Assembly (NCBI GenBank): GCA_002633005.1
Contig: NMRA01000595.1
Span: 106,733-170,732, forward strand
DNA: 64,000 nucleotides
Direction: 5' to 3'
Origin: Phoronis australis
Lineage: Eukaryota > Animalia > Phoronida
The position numbers and the translations under genes were made by a program. Below are positions 46,901-58,735 of the stretch, one piece after another. The notes beneath the pieces are model-generated. The model did no database searches. It had not been told where the DNA came from and saw nothing but the letters and a program-made list of their open reading frames with translations. The number at the start of each line of letters is the position of its first letter. The first letter of the stretch is position 1.

Positions 46901-49900
46901 TGCTTGTTGGCTTGGACAAGGTCTCAAGATATAACAAAGTGCTTGTTGGCTTGGACAAGGTCTCAAGATATAACAAAGTGCTTGTTGGCTTGGACAAGGT
47001 CTCAAGATATAACAAAGTGCTTGTTGGCTTGGACAAGGTCTCAAGATATAACAAAGTGCTTGTTATTCCCAATAACAGAAATCCTTTCAAATCTGAGTAA
47101 GAAACATGTAAATACCAATTTTACAAAAAATCAGTGGCTTAAATAGCAAGCAATTTTTTTCCACAGGCCGGATTATAGGATATCCAATATTCACCAATTA
47201 CCGAATTTGCCGAAATAACTGCTCATGCCCCTATAAGCGCCCCCCACACGTTTTCAGACTTTGCTAAAATAAACGCCCAGTCCATGAACGTGTACATGCA
47301 AAAAATGCCTTACCTACAGTCCTAAAATTCTACAGTAACGTCTTCAATTTATCAATAATATCTGACAGTCCTGAAAAAAATCATTGTGCGCAAAATTGTA
47401 GACCACGAGCCTCGCTGCTATGTCGGTATTTAGTCATGACTATACACTTCAAACTTCCGCCATGCCTCAAAACGAACACAAAAGTTCTGCTGATCTTGCG
47501 AGGACTAATGGCCTGGCCTTTCAGAGCAGAAGTAGTGTACTTGTCTATGGGATTGCTTTGTAGATATTTCCCGCTTTCAACAGGAATCCAAATTTCTTTG
47601 TACAAGTGAAAACCGCCAATTGAAGACTAATAAAAAGCTTGACCAGTGTTAAAAGCACGTGGCCAGGAAGCTACATAGTACATGAACCTGTCATCAAAGA
47701 CATTAGTCGGGAACTATCCATTCATGAAATGGGTAGCATAGCATCGACAAGAAATTAATATTGGCACTCATTTCTGACAGTTTCTAATACTAACTATAAA
47801 AATGTTTGCGTTATTTTTAAGATGAATTGTTTGATTAACCATAATTGGTGTTTTTAAGCCAAATATCCGATAAAATGACCACTGACAGTGAATGCTTACG
47901 CACCCTTACACCGAAAAATAACTGTCAGATAGTCAGTAGTCCCGTACGCATCCAGCCACACAGCGACTAATATGGGCCTTAACGAGACAAATGTCGAACG
48001 TTTTTAGCACGAGACCAGCAAGTGCTGAACGAAACACGCTCTGGTTTAGGCCTACTGCTTGTGCAATTTCTTTAGATGCAATGCACATCTAGCTCGTTAG
48101 ATAGCGTGGCTCTGGCCAAAAGACGGTCTTTGCTCTGGCAAATGAGCTCTGGTGACACGCAAGCGCTGGCTTACTCACAAACGCAGACGAACTTCAAAAC
48201 AAACGTCACGTGACAACAGCATGTGTATTCGTCCAGACATTTTTCTCATGTTGCCGATTATACATGTAGATGGCACGATGTAGCACAGATTTGTACTTAA
48301 GCCTGCTGTGATCCCGACTCCACGGGAACTTAAAAATCTTAAGGACGCTACTTGGAAAACTTAAGGAGGATTTCAGGTAATTTGATTGAGACGAAACTGT
48401 ATTTTTATTCAAGCATTCAAGTCGCAATTGCGAGGCAGCACAATTTTCTGTAAAAAGATCGTAATTTAGCAGCAAAGTTTGACAGCAATGCACCACGGTT
48501 TTGTAGAAAGTCTTTCATAGATTACAGATAACTCACACAGCATAAATATGATGAATCTTAGCTTCCAATTTCACCCGTTTCGGAGACCAGGTTTCAACGG
48601 CCTTGGGTTATAATAAGCACCCCCCCTGAAACAAACTTTTCTAAGCACCCTGGGTGGTTATTACAGCGAATACAGTAATCAACTGCATTATAAATTTGGT
48701 CCTATGATTGGACCATTCGGCCATCTGCACTTCACCAAAAACAATAACTATAAGTTACAATTAAAGAGAAATTCTACGATGAACAACCAACCTGAGTTTG
48801 CCTGCTACGTGAAACAGACCTCTGACCTCCGACCCTAGGTGCACTCGCTGACCTCCCCCGTCTGGAAGGAGGACTTGTGTCCGGATCACTGACGTATTGG
48901 CGTGCACTACGTCGTCTGCCACGTCGATGTCTGCTTGCCACATCGGGTCTCATGGAACTACTTTCAACTTTCGTGGCTGCCAAGGGTTTGGAACCAGCAG
49001 ACTGGGGCACAGGACTACGAAAGGAAAAAAGCTCATACTGACCTTTGATAGTTTACAGGGCAGCCACTATTCCTCCCTCGCACACCACAAGGACATTCTC
49101 ATCAACAGTGTTCTGTTGTCACGAACACAATTCTGACAATATCAGCTGTAGTATGCGTCGTGCTCACGCATCTCTTTTCTTATAATCCACCATTTTTTGT
49201 GGATAACTACTTGAAAGAAAAACATTACATTGCTGATGAAAACCACGCAATCACCCTAGTTGCTGAAAGTAACCAATTAAATTGACAAGCTATTGACATC
49301 ATTCCCAGACACAGGATTAGGAAAATCTAGGGATTCACACTTGCTGACATGCCAACTAATGTCCAGCAGGTAGACTGAGACAATGGCATTAAGCAGAGCA
49401 AGTTTCTCTCAAATTTGTCGAGAACACTAGCACCTAAAATGGCAGCCACTTACAGATTGGTAGGTGAGAATGCAATGCTGAATTGCAGGATAGAATTCGT
49501 AGACAGTAAAAAAGTGCTATTGTATCATTATACCACGCCCCCCCCTCAAACAGAAGACACACCTGGCCTTCGTACATATTTATACTACGCCCAATGCGGT
49601 TAGTCTCCATTCACCTGAGGTGTGAACATACGTGATTGGCCCAAATTTTCACATTTGACGGCTGATGGGACGCCTTACGAACATGTTTTAAGTGCCTGGT
49701 CTCCCCTCTTATCAGACATTCAATCTAGCTTCTCATAAAAGCAAGGGATAATATTTCATAGGTAAAAATTACCAATCCCCATTAGTATTCTATCAATTAT
49801 TTTTAACAACCAAACAAACTAAAACAGTTGCAAACTAATATAAACATTCAACTCACTCAATGATCTTACCATACCTATTTACATCGTCTCCCTTGAGCAG

Positions 49901-52900
49901 CATGTCAACAGACAATTTCATTTGACCGACAAAGATTCTCAGTGTCTTTATGGCTGCAGGGCGGATGAAGTTAGTGTCTTTTCTGGCCACCAGGTGCAAC
50001 AGAAGTTCCAAACCTAAAATTGAATAATGATGAAAATAGAATCCGTCAAAGACTGGTAAATTACAATAGATACGGACTGATGACCAGTAAATTACAATAG
50101 ACATGGATTGATGCCTGGTAAATTACAATAGATATGGACTGATGACCGGTAAATTACAATAGATACGGACTGATGTCAGTGCAAGAACACATTAATTATT
50201 GATATGCACTTGGGTTCTTCATTCAGTCGTCCAGTTATTATTTACAGTCATATTATGCTACAATTTTCTACGTTTCCAGGATATAATTTCAATTTTCACA
50301 ACCTGACTTTCCTAGTGCAAAACATGGAGACTCCAACTATTGTTGCCAAGTACAATTAAATGCAAGAGCCTGTAACATGAACCATAACTTGAAATAACTT
50401 GAAATTTTCTGGATCAGTTTTACTCTAAGACTTGCATTTTCCACCCATTCCATGTATGGAGGCTATCTTTGTAATTTGCGGGTCATCTTTGTAATTTGTG
50501 GGTCATCTTTGTAATTTGTGGGTCATCTTTGTAATTTGTGGGTCATCTTTGTAATTTGTGGGTCATCTTTGTAATTTGTGGGTCATCTTTGTAATTTGCG
50601 GGTCATCTTTGGTTTGCAGGATGAGTGTCTAAACATGTACTGTTGGGGAATGTTTTTGACAGGCAAGATAGCATTGGATAATGTTGTCCGTCCCAAACAG
50701 CTACATTGCATAAAACATCAATCAAACATAGACTTGTGGTTTGCTCAGCAATTCTCACTACGACATTGCATCATGACTGTAGACTGTGTGGTCCTCACAG
50801 AGTATTTATTGTATGTTAACACTACTCCCCCTAAAGTCTGCTGAATAGATTAATAGCAGACCAGCCACAACTACACAGATAATTCTTTAAAGATGTATCT
50901 GCATGGTCATATAATGTATAGCAGGAACTAAACAACAATGCTATTTGAACACCATCTACGCTCAACAAAGTGCAGTTGAAATCAGTTACAACTTGACAAT
51001 GTGAATTAACCAGAAAAATCTTCATATAGGTGACCTTCAAACTAATGATAAACCTTGGGGATTCACATTACCCACACCATGCAATGTTATTCCCCAATAC
51101 CAGGTCACCATACTTGCAGGAAACGGTTAAGGGATTTACGGCGGAAAATTTCTGACATAAAACTCATTCTTCAATACATTTGGCAATTTTCAACCAACAT
51201 AATATTCACATCATCGCTATAGGTTGCATTTGTAATGCTTTTGTCTAAGCAGTCACAGAGATAAGAAATTTGCATGCAAATTCCACTTTAAATTTGTCAT
51301 AAAAATAATTCATTTCAACAAAAAAAGGAAACTCTACAACAAGTCAACAAACAGGTATCTGGTATGAAATGAAATTGTCCACATTTTAATTTTGGAGTTT
51401 TATGTTGACTGAATGAAAAATAATCATAATATGTGAAACTCATACTGTACCCCTGAGGTCAGCAAACAACTGTTTGTTGTCTGCGCAGTTGAACATAAGA
51501 TTGGTGAGGGCGTTCAGACCCACTTTGACCACTCGTGACATGGCAGTGGTCAGCGACAGCACACACTTCTGACAACAAGCTGTAGAGAGAAGGCAGTCTT
51601 CAATAAGCTATATACCATGTAATGGAAAAACTCACCAATGCAATCCAGTTTCACAAAAACATTGACAAAAAGATAAAAATCCATTATGCAGTGAAAGTGT
51701 ACCCAGAATACACAGCTTTACGATTTTTAGTTTAGTGGCAGAACAAAAACACAGTCTGTACCTTACGTGTGACACTTTGTTTATTGGACTGCACAATAAA
51801 TGTGCAAAATCTTACACTTTTGAAAGCAGGTGACTGGAAAGTTTCCTTTTTTGAAAACTCATGAATCATAAGCAGAAATGTGTATGATATGGTACAATCT
51901 CATCAATTTTGGACAAAAAAAACAAAAAACAATTAACCTCAATTCCAAAGTCTTCTAAAATTGCTGTGAAAGTCCACAATTTTCAAAATATTGTCAGATA
52001 GAGAGTATAGTACAGACCCTCAACATGTAAAAGTATTACGTCATTGCTGTGCATCTTTCATGAATAAAACAAAAAATAGAATACGAGTCCGCTACATTTG
52101 ATTCTAAATTGGTAAGGTTATAGATATTTTTCTGCATTGAAAGTATTCATAATTCAGTTTAATTTAATAAAGTTGTTTAAGTCATGAAACCAGGACATAT
52201 AGAGACATGCTGTTGGGGACACTGAGTACACACTTTCGGGAGACAAGAAGTTTTTTATCGCTGGTAAAATTTTAGCCTCTTTATCGTTTTTTTCCTAGTT
52301 AACGTCGTTCATCAGACAAAAAATATGTTATTGTAGCATGCATACAAACTTTTGCAGAAATACAACAGAATTATTATGCAAGCAAATACAACAGAATTAT
52401 TATGCAAGCAAATACAACAGAATTATTATGCAAGGAAATACAACAGAATTATTATGCAAGCAAATACAACAGAATTATTATGCAAACAAATACAACAGAA
52501 TTATTATGCAAACAAATACAATAGAATTATTATGCAAGCAAATACAACAAGATTATTATGCAAACAAATACAACAGAATTATTATGCAAGCACAAAACAT
52601 TGTGAAAAGGTGTTGAAAGTGAGTAGTACTATAATTATGATTGTACACAGTAGGGCTAAACCAATAACTTAACTTACAACACGGTTCTAGAGATTTTACA
52701 AAAACTAATCTTGCATTCCCATCATAATGAAAACTCCGGTCTACCAACGATCCACGCAACTCCACCTCCCTTTCCATTCACTGGTGACATCAGAGTTACC
52801 ATTAGTTCTCTGGATTTAACACCAGATGGCGCATTTCAATCATAGAGGAAGATTAACGGAATTGAGATTAATGAACATGTCCTGCCATTTATGATGAGTA

Positions 52901-55900
52901 AAGCCAGACTGATCAGTGTTCTTTGTTGTCAGTTTTCTGTTCTCTTAATCCTTTATGAGCGGGAATGACATTAGTGATTGATATCGCGACCTCTGACCAA
53001 AGTGGTGTTAACATTTCCCACTTAAATTCACATATTTTGAGTGGAGCTGCGTTCGCTATTTAAGGTCGAGAGTTACGCTTCCCATAAAGCTAAACTCGGT
53101 AAAACAGGTGAGTACCGGTGCTGGTGGGAAAGTGGCACTAAGTACACAGGCCATATTTAGATAAAGGACTAAACTCACTGAAATAAACAATTTGTCTTAC
53201 TTAAAATTTTCTTGACACCCCCTATTTGACCGAGATTCAACCGTATCCTAGGCGATCGTGCAGCATTGGCAATGATGGATATAGCTAACTCTGCCACCTT
53301 TGGAGAAGATGGGTTAACAAGACTGAAGAAGACCGCAGCTGTTTCCTTAGAGTACATGACTCCCTCTGAAACCAAATCAGCCACATTACTGCAAGCATAA
53401 ATAATGCTTAGGCACACAGGGGGCGCTGTAACTGTACTCAGTTGGGTTTATACACAGATTAAATTCAGAAACTTAAATAAATAAACAGCAGGCAGGTATG
53501 GGTAATGTACTATGCAAATGACAGATTTGAGGAAATGCACTTATAAGCAAGCATGTACTTAAAATGCAAGAGTTTAAGTGAAAGCAAATATAAGATATAA
53601 TATACCTATACCAATATTACAAAATCATCAAGAAGGTCCTTAAAAGGGTGTAAAAAGTGCGTGTCATTACAACTCAAGTACATACACAAAAAACAATGTA
53701 GATGGAACAAACTTAGAAAAACAAAAATGAACAACTTTGTACTCTTCGTCAGCTTTGGAAGGAAAGACTGACACAGCGCAACTGTTGGAATACGGATGTT
53801 TTTTTCAAGATTGCATGGTCTCCTAATCTTTTTCTTAATTAGAGTTAAAACAACAGCATGTTTGTGTTGTTAGATTGAACATTAATACATGCTAATTATA
53901 GTTTTGTAATACTTGACAGAAAAACAGCATTTTAAAATTGTACAATGATAGTGTATATATTGTATACTGAAGACTAGCTTCCTTAAACCACCTTCAGGTG
54001 GTGATGGAGTAACATTGTATCTTTTCTAAAATCTCTTGGTCCAATTCAGACTAACTTCTAGCCTATTTACATTCTGTTGGCATTATGTTTTAGTTCATCA
54101 TTCATCCAGCCACTTTCATGGGTAAAAGAATTTTAGAAGTACAAGCGCGGGTTTTTAATAATCTTGTGGGGTCAATGATGATCACTTTCAGTGAATAAGG
54201 AACTTTGTCGGTCAAGCATTTTCGTCACTAGACCACTGAATCATCCGGTAGTTGTCAGTTGAGCACTCTCATCACTAGACCACTGAGTCATCAGGTAGTT
54301 GTCAGTTGAGCACTCTCATCACTAGACCACTGAATCATCAGGTAATTTAGGAATTTAATAAGTTTATCTTGTAATGTAAGACTGAAGACTTGTTCACATC
54401 ATTCATCGAACACAGAGACATACCAGCAGCAGTGACGTCCTGGCACACGGTACAGATGGTCTTCAAGATGGCCACCAACATGTCTTCACTGACCGGCGGT
54501 GGAATGGCATCTGAAGCAATGAGAAATGTCATGTTATAATATCAATATCAATATCAATATCATCTATTGTACATCGTGGGCATTGCCTACGAATACATAA
54601 ATTCAAAAGAACATGTTCTAAGTATTTACACAGAGCAGTTCCTGTCTTTAAGCCATAGCCCTCTGAATATACAATGCAAGGCTCTGGATACTGTCATGAT
54701 TCTTATGTTGGAATAACCTAACAAGAGAAGAGTTAACATTCATAAGCTTTGGTGGATTTTTCTAAGGTCTCCAAGAACAGGACATCGACACATGAAATGA
54801 GGCTCATCTTCCATTTCATCACGATTGCTCGATTGCTTATGCCGCATTTTCTCTCACTTCCAGGAATACCCATATGTCTACCTTTCTCTGCATTAAGTGA
54901 GTGACCTGAACATCAAACTGTGAAATCATTCTTCTCGAATAAGCAATTAAACAATTCACATATTGCTTGCTAACTACATGTCATTTAAGAAGACTATTAA
55001 ATTCATATTGATCTGAACTACCTCTTTCCAGTTGCCATTCTTGTACTCCACAATCTAGTGAACCTCTCCTTGAAAGCCATAATAAATTCAACAAACACTA
55101 CCTGGGCCAAATAACCACACCTTTCCATATTACCTGAGCCAAATAACCACACCTTTCCATATTACCTGGGCCAAATAACCACACCTTTCCATAACCGTAC
55201 CAACACAAAATTTCTTTGACAGGGTGTGCCCAGTTACAATTACCGTTTTCACCCTGTTCCCTAAGCATACTATAGCACTTCAGTGGGAACCTAATTATGT
55301 TCTTCCATATCATGTAATATTGTCCAAAAGATAATTGGTTTACACATTATATTTTGTAATTAACAATCGTCACATTCACCAGCAGCCACCACATACTCAA
55401 TCTGAGAAAAATATTTTTACAAGAATCACTATTAACTTCTTTGATTCACATATTGACGTGCCCAATATTTTTACACCATATCTTAGTATGGGCATTATCA
55501 CGGAGCCAAAAAGTTTAAAGTGCACTGTATGGGAAGTACAGTTCATTGCCTTTCGAGCTTGGCAAGCAAGTATTCTACAACACTCTGTTCTTTTAAGTCT
55601 GCAGAATGTGACTCCTAGGTACTCGTAGTCGTACCATTTGGTACATGTATCTATTTCCTTGTGGCAAAAAAAAACACCTTTCAGTATTTGAAAGTATGCC
55701 CCCTCGCTTAAATACTACAACATTTGTTTTCTACCAATTAATTTGCAAGTTCCAATCTCAACAAAACTTTTCGAGGACAATGAGCTTCACCTGTAGCCCA
55801 GCAACAGTATTCAAAACCAGAAGTGGACATCAAATAAAAATGTAACCTTGGGTTAAGGAGATTTACCTGGTTTTCATTTTAAAAGAAAATATAAAAGCAT

Positions 55901-57026
55901 ATTACTGAAGAACAAAAATGGACTAAAAGATTTCAGGAGCATCAATCAAATGGGGGTTGTCAGTGATGGATGTGAATATATTGGTTACACAATTTCATAG
56001 GGTATATATTTAAGCACATATTAATAAAGCATAAAAATATTTCCAGGTGATCAGTGCAATGGGTCCACATGTGAGGCCTGCGCATGTCTGGTACAACGTG
56101 TATCAGACCGCCTGCAATTATTTTATATTTTATATTGTTCGGAGGGAAACTTTTAAAAAAAGAGTGACGTCACAAAATGCATTGTTACCTTTAACAGAAC
56201 AGAAAGTGACTTGAGGGACGATACTCTTCAGTTTTTCAGGTAGCTCATATATATCCTGAGCAGAAACTTGAAATTTCCGCCCATAGTCAACGGCCAAAAC
56301 AGTGAAAGTGTGGTCTCCTCCACCAACTACCATGCAACGAACAAACTCTGATTGGCCACTGAGAGTGACGCTGCAGCAGACGAGCTGTCCAGTCACTGGA
56401 CTGGAAGAAAGTTTTCTCCGTTCATTTTCAGAAGTCAACTCTGATCGGACAAATTCGACTTGCTGAAACATTTTCTCCCCAATGTGGGCGAAAAAGTTTA
56501 AATTTGGTAAAACGTGCACCACTTCTACACTGTCCCACACAGAGGAGGATATGTCACTGTCAACAGTCCATATTGAGCCAGCTTCGACTAGTTCATCTCT
56601 CACAGTCACATCTGTTTCAGGGTTTGTTGTGTCAAACAGTTCCACCTGGTAGCACGTGATGACACTGCAGTACTTAACTGCCAGGGACCCGTTCAAATGT
56701 AACTCCTCGTGCAAATGCATTTTTAAGTTTGTTTTTGTGACATCTGACTGCTTAAACAAGTTCGCGACTAGTCTTTTGTCACGCGACAACTCCAACACCT
56801 TGTCGACGGCAGTACTTCGATAACAGAAGAAGGTACTGTTTTTGATTTCACACATACTAATGAGGCGACTAATGGCATCTGATTGGACAATCTGTTTACA
56901 ACATGAGGGGTCAGAGTTCATGAGGTTAAGAACAAGACCAGACACCTTACTGACAAGCTCAATGTTTCCAGAAAAACTGGACTTTATTGATGCAAGAGCA
57001 TTCTCGGCTGACTTGAGGACATCCAT
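40445..57026 (-). CDS. Tudor-ARM-Schlafen (AlbA_2) multidomain protein, 12 coding exons, about 774 aa
   Basis: Phase-consistent exons 57026-56189, 54510-54424, 53365-53201, 51579-51451, 50013-49875, 49014-48792, 46294-46204, 45496-45416, 44406-44293, 43611-43497, 41612-41399 and 40573-40445 (TGA) total 2325 nt. eTudor: VEVVHV..GQLVCC..FVRCMV..VLAVDYG..DIYELPEKLKSIVPQVTFCSVKG. ARM: AISIIANAARSPRIRLNLGQIGGVKKIL, ALTNLMFNCADNKQLFADLRGLELLL. SLFN: HELR..VVSFLNSGKGGSIYFGMDEQNVVQGI..RDEFRLGVD..FIPPV..YVIEVKI..GACYCRFGANTRQVSTQEL. Confidence 0.85.
40725..40955. mobile_element. About 230-bp inverted-repeat element (arms about 65 bp) with a hammerhead-like core, Penelope-terminus-like
   Basis: ttattattaaaatctcttggtctatttacacc...cacgacgtttcggt pairs with accgaaacatcgtg...gtgtaaatagatcaagagagtttaataata. 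Minus strand reads CAC-CTGACGA-T-GG..CC-GAAA-CG-TC-GTG. A degenerate relative lies at about 54028-54160. Confidence 0.6.
41990..43497. repeat. Degenerate minisatellite (aaactcactctctacagcagg...cagaccacacc units) split by the hAT insertion
   Basis: Related units at about 41990-42213 and 43228-43497, abutting the donor of exon 43611-43497. Confidence 0.7.
42214..43227. mobile_element. Non-autonomous hAT element, about 1.0 kb, inserted in a minisatellite
   Basis: TIRs CAGGGCTTCATCCAG / (rc) CAGGCCTTCATGCAG; 8-bp TSD ggtacagc / ggtactgc; subterminal GGGYGTCCA repeats at both ends. Confidence 0.8.
46677..47064. repeat. 33-bp minisatellite, about 12 near-perfect copies
   Basis: Unit cttggacaaggtctcaagatataacaaagtgcttgttgg-type; no spacers. 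Confidence 0.95.
47201..48675 (-). mobile_element. Non-autonomous Tc1/mariner-pogo-type element, about 1.5 kb, carrying a decayed HIRAN-domain ORF
   Basis: TA-flanked TIRs ta|ccgaatttgccgaaataactgctca and (rc) ta|ctgtattcgctgtaataaccaccca; subterminal ATAAGCRCCCC repeats. Internal minus-strand peptide GGFHLYKEIWIP..NPIDKY..PRKISR..LRHGGSLKCIV..GLQ at about 47381-47620. Confidence 0.7.
50051..50174. repeat. 31-bp minisatellite, 4 copies
   Basis: Unit gactggtaaattacaatagatacggactgat. Confidence 0.85.
50466..50611. repeat. 20-bp minisatellite, about 7 copies
   Basis: Unit atctttgtaatttgtgggtc. Confidence 0.95.
52358..52591. repeat. 26-bp minisatellite, about 9 copies
   Basis: Unit aaatacaacagaattattatgcaagc. 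Confidence 0.95.
54225..54345. repeat. About 47-bp tandem repeat, about 2.5 copies
   Basis: Unit tcactagaccactgaatcatcaggtagttgtcagttgagcactctca. Confidence 0.85.
54541..55846 (-). mobile_element. 5'-truncated, decayed non-LTR retrotransposon (CR1/L2-group-like RT 3' half)
   Basis: Minus-strand relics YEYLGVTF, LKLFGSVIMPILRYG and RFPLKCYSML..GNCNWAHPVKEILCWYGYGKVW; (ATCAAT)n tail at 54541-54562. Confidence 0.7.
56189..56530 (-). other. Extended Tudor domain coding segment
   Basis: The DYG motif, the LP..L..I.PQ...C.V.G motif and the N-terminal V.V.HV...FF strands are typical of Tudor-SN-type extended Tudor domains. Confidence 0.85.
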
Positions 57027-57734
57027 TCTGTAAAAATAAGAATTAGGAATACAGTTGTGAGAGAATCGTCAACAGAGTACCTCGTGTTTTCTATGTATCC
57101 ATTCAGGTAAATTTGACCTCAACTTGACACCTCAGCCAGGATTGNNNNNNNNNNNNNNNNNNNNNNNNNNNNNNNNNNNNNNNNNNNNNNNNNNNNNNNN
57201 NNNNNNNNNNNNNNNNNNNNNNNNNNNNNNNNNNNNNNNNNNNNNNNNNNNNNNNNNNNNNNNNNNNNNNNNNNNNNNNNNNNNNNNNNNNNNNNNNNNN
57301 NNNNNNNNNNNNNNNNNNNNNNNNNNNNNNNNNNNNNNNNNNNNNNNNNNNNNNNNNNNNNNNNNNNNNNNGAACTTTATTTTTTATCTAAGGCAAGTTT
57401 ACATTGCTAGAACATCGCTAGGTTTATACAAACGAAGTAGAAAATAACATCCAACCAATGCTCATGCCAGTGCCTTTTCAAGCTATAGCATGATTGTGAT
57501 TTAAGTTAGTTATATTTTTGAAACAAGATCACGCAAACTCCTTTGGCAGAAAAACATGTCTTTTTCTTGAAAAGTCGTGGTTTGCAACTTTTGTACTCAA
57601 TAGTAATTATGCAAAGATGGTTACCACTGACCATAGACCAGGTAGTATCACACCTGATGTACTCCGATCATGGTATATTACTTAACCCCCTTATACTATA
57701 CATGCGCATTTATCATTGTACATAAACCCACCTA

Positions 57735-57872
57735 CCGAGACTTGAACTCAACTGAGACATGCGATTCGCTTAAGTTGGCTAATCGTTTGTTATATGACTG
57801 CGACCACTGCTGCACCCAAAGAGACGCTGAAGTCTGAACACAATTTGACGTCACTGGTTGGATATAGCAGTC
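57735..57872 (-). other. Probable upstream exon (5'UTR or coding) of the Tudor-ARM-SLFN gene
   Basis: Donor TCG|GTAGGT at about 57735. The open frame DCYIQ...VEFKSR splices in frame to the acceptor at 57027 (cag|A ATG). An N-gap lies in between. Confidence 0.4.
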
Positions 57873-58007
57873 CCTGATTTAGAGACGCTGATCGGCTGAT
57901 TCGTACTCCGAATAAAAGCAAAAACAGGTCTGTTATTCATGGATTATGGGTTCTCCGAGAAGAAGGGACCATCCTGTGCTATCAGTGCTACCCAGTGGCT
58001 GTTGCAA

Positions 58008-58090
58008 ACACAGGCGTCTTCAGCTTATGATCCTTCCCACACTACCAAGTAAGTGTACTGGGGACGACCAGAAGCTGAGGACGTCTGTGG
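58008..58090. mobile_element. 83-bp palindromic MITE with 6-bp TSD
   Basis: acacaggcgtcttcagctt...aagctgaggacgtctgtgg flanked by ttgcaa / ttgcaa. Confidence 0.7.
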
Positions 58091-58188
58091 TTGCAAACAC
58101 GTAGCACCTGCGGCCTTTCAGGGCGTTGTGATTGCCTAGCTTGAAAGCTATATCAGACTGTCTATTACCGTCAGATAGCTGCCGATTA

Positions 58189-58266
58189 CCACAGGCGTCC
58201 TCAGCTTCTGATCGTCCCCAATACAGTAGTGTATTGGGGACGATCAGAAGCTGTGGACGTTTGTGG
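58189..58266. mobile_element. 78-bp palindromic MITE with 6-bp TSD (same family)
   Basis: ccacaggcgtcctcagcttctgatcgtccccaataca-gtag-tgtattggggacgatcagaagctgtggacgtttgtgg flanked by cgatta / cgatta. Confidence 0.8.
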
Positions 58267-58656
58267 CGATTACATCGGATTACAGCCAGCCAGCTTACTC
58301 TTTGACTTTTGTATGAAGTTTATGAAGGCTATCGTCACCAAGAAAAAAACCTAAATTCTATTTCCAAACCTTCATCTGAATCTCTGTACAGATCCTTGTC
58401 TTCACTTAAATCTTAATCCCTTGTTGATTCGGTCATAAACTGCAGAACAATAGCTGTGATTTGACCATGGGGATGGTCGGTCCATGCGTCTCTCACGCAC
58501 CGGTACGCCATTTAACAATGCACCACCTAGTGTTCGACAACGAAACTGTCTTTCCACGAGAGCACCAAAAGGACAGGCTGATCTTGAAAAATTGGGTGTT
58601 CATACGCGTTATACCTATAACTGTTTGATTTAATTGTACTTGTCACTGTAATAAAT

Positions 58657-58704
58657 ACTACTACTGCTGCTGCTTCTGCTGCTGCTGCTGCTGTTGCTGC
58701 TGCA

Positions 58705-58735
<31 letters not shown>

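Noticed and set aside
46639-47146. Four long repetitive ORFs / CRISPR-like appearance
   Set aside because: Pure 33-bp tandem units with no spacers, in an intron of a eukaryotic gene; the ORFs arise only because the unit length is divisible by 3.
56130-57026. Calling the Tudor gene TDRD5 (human neighbour of AXDND1) or another named TDRD
   Set aside because: No LOTUS domains are seen and the ARM plus SLFN content does not match any TDRD I recognise; no symbol assigned.
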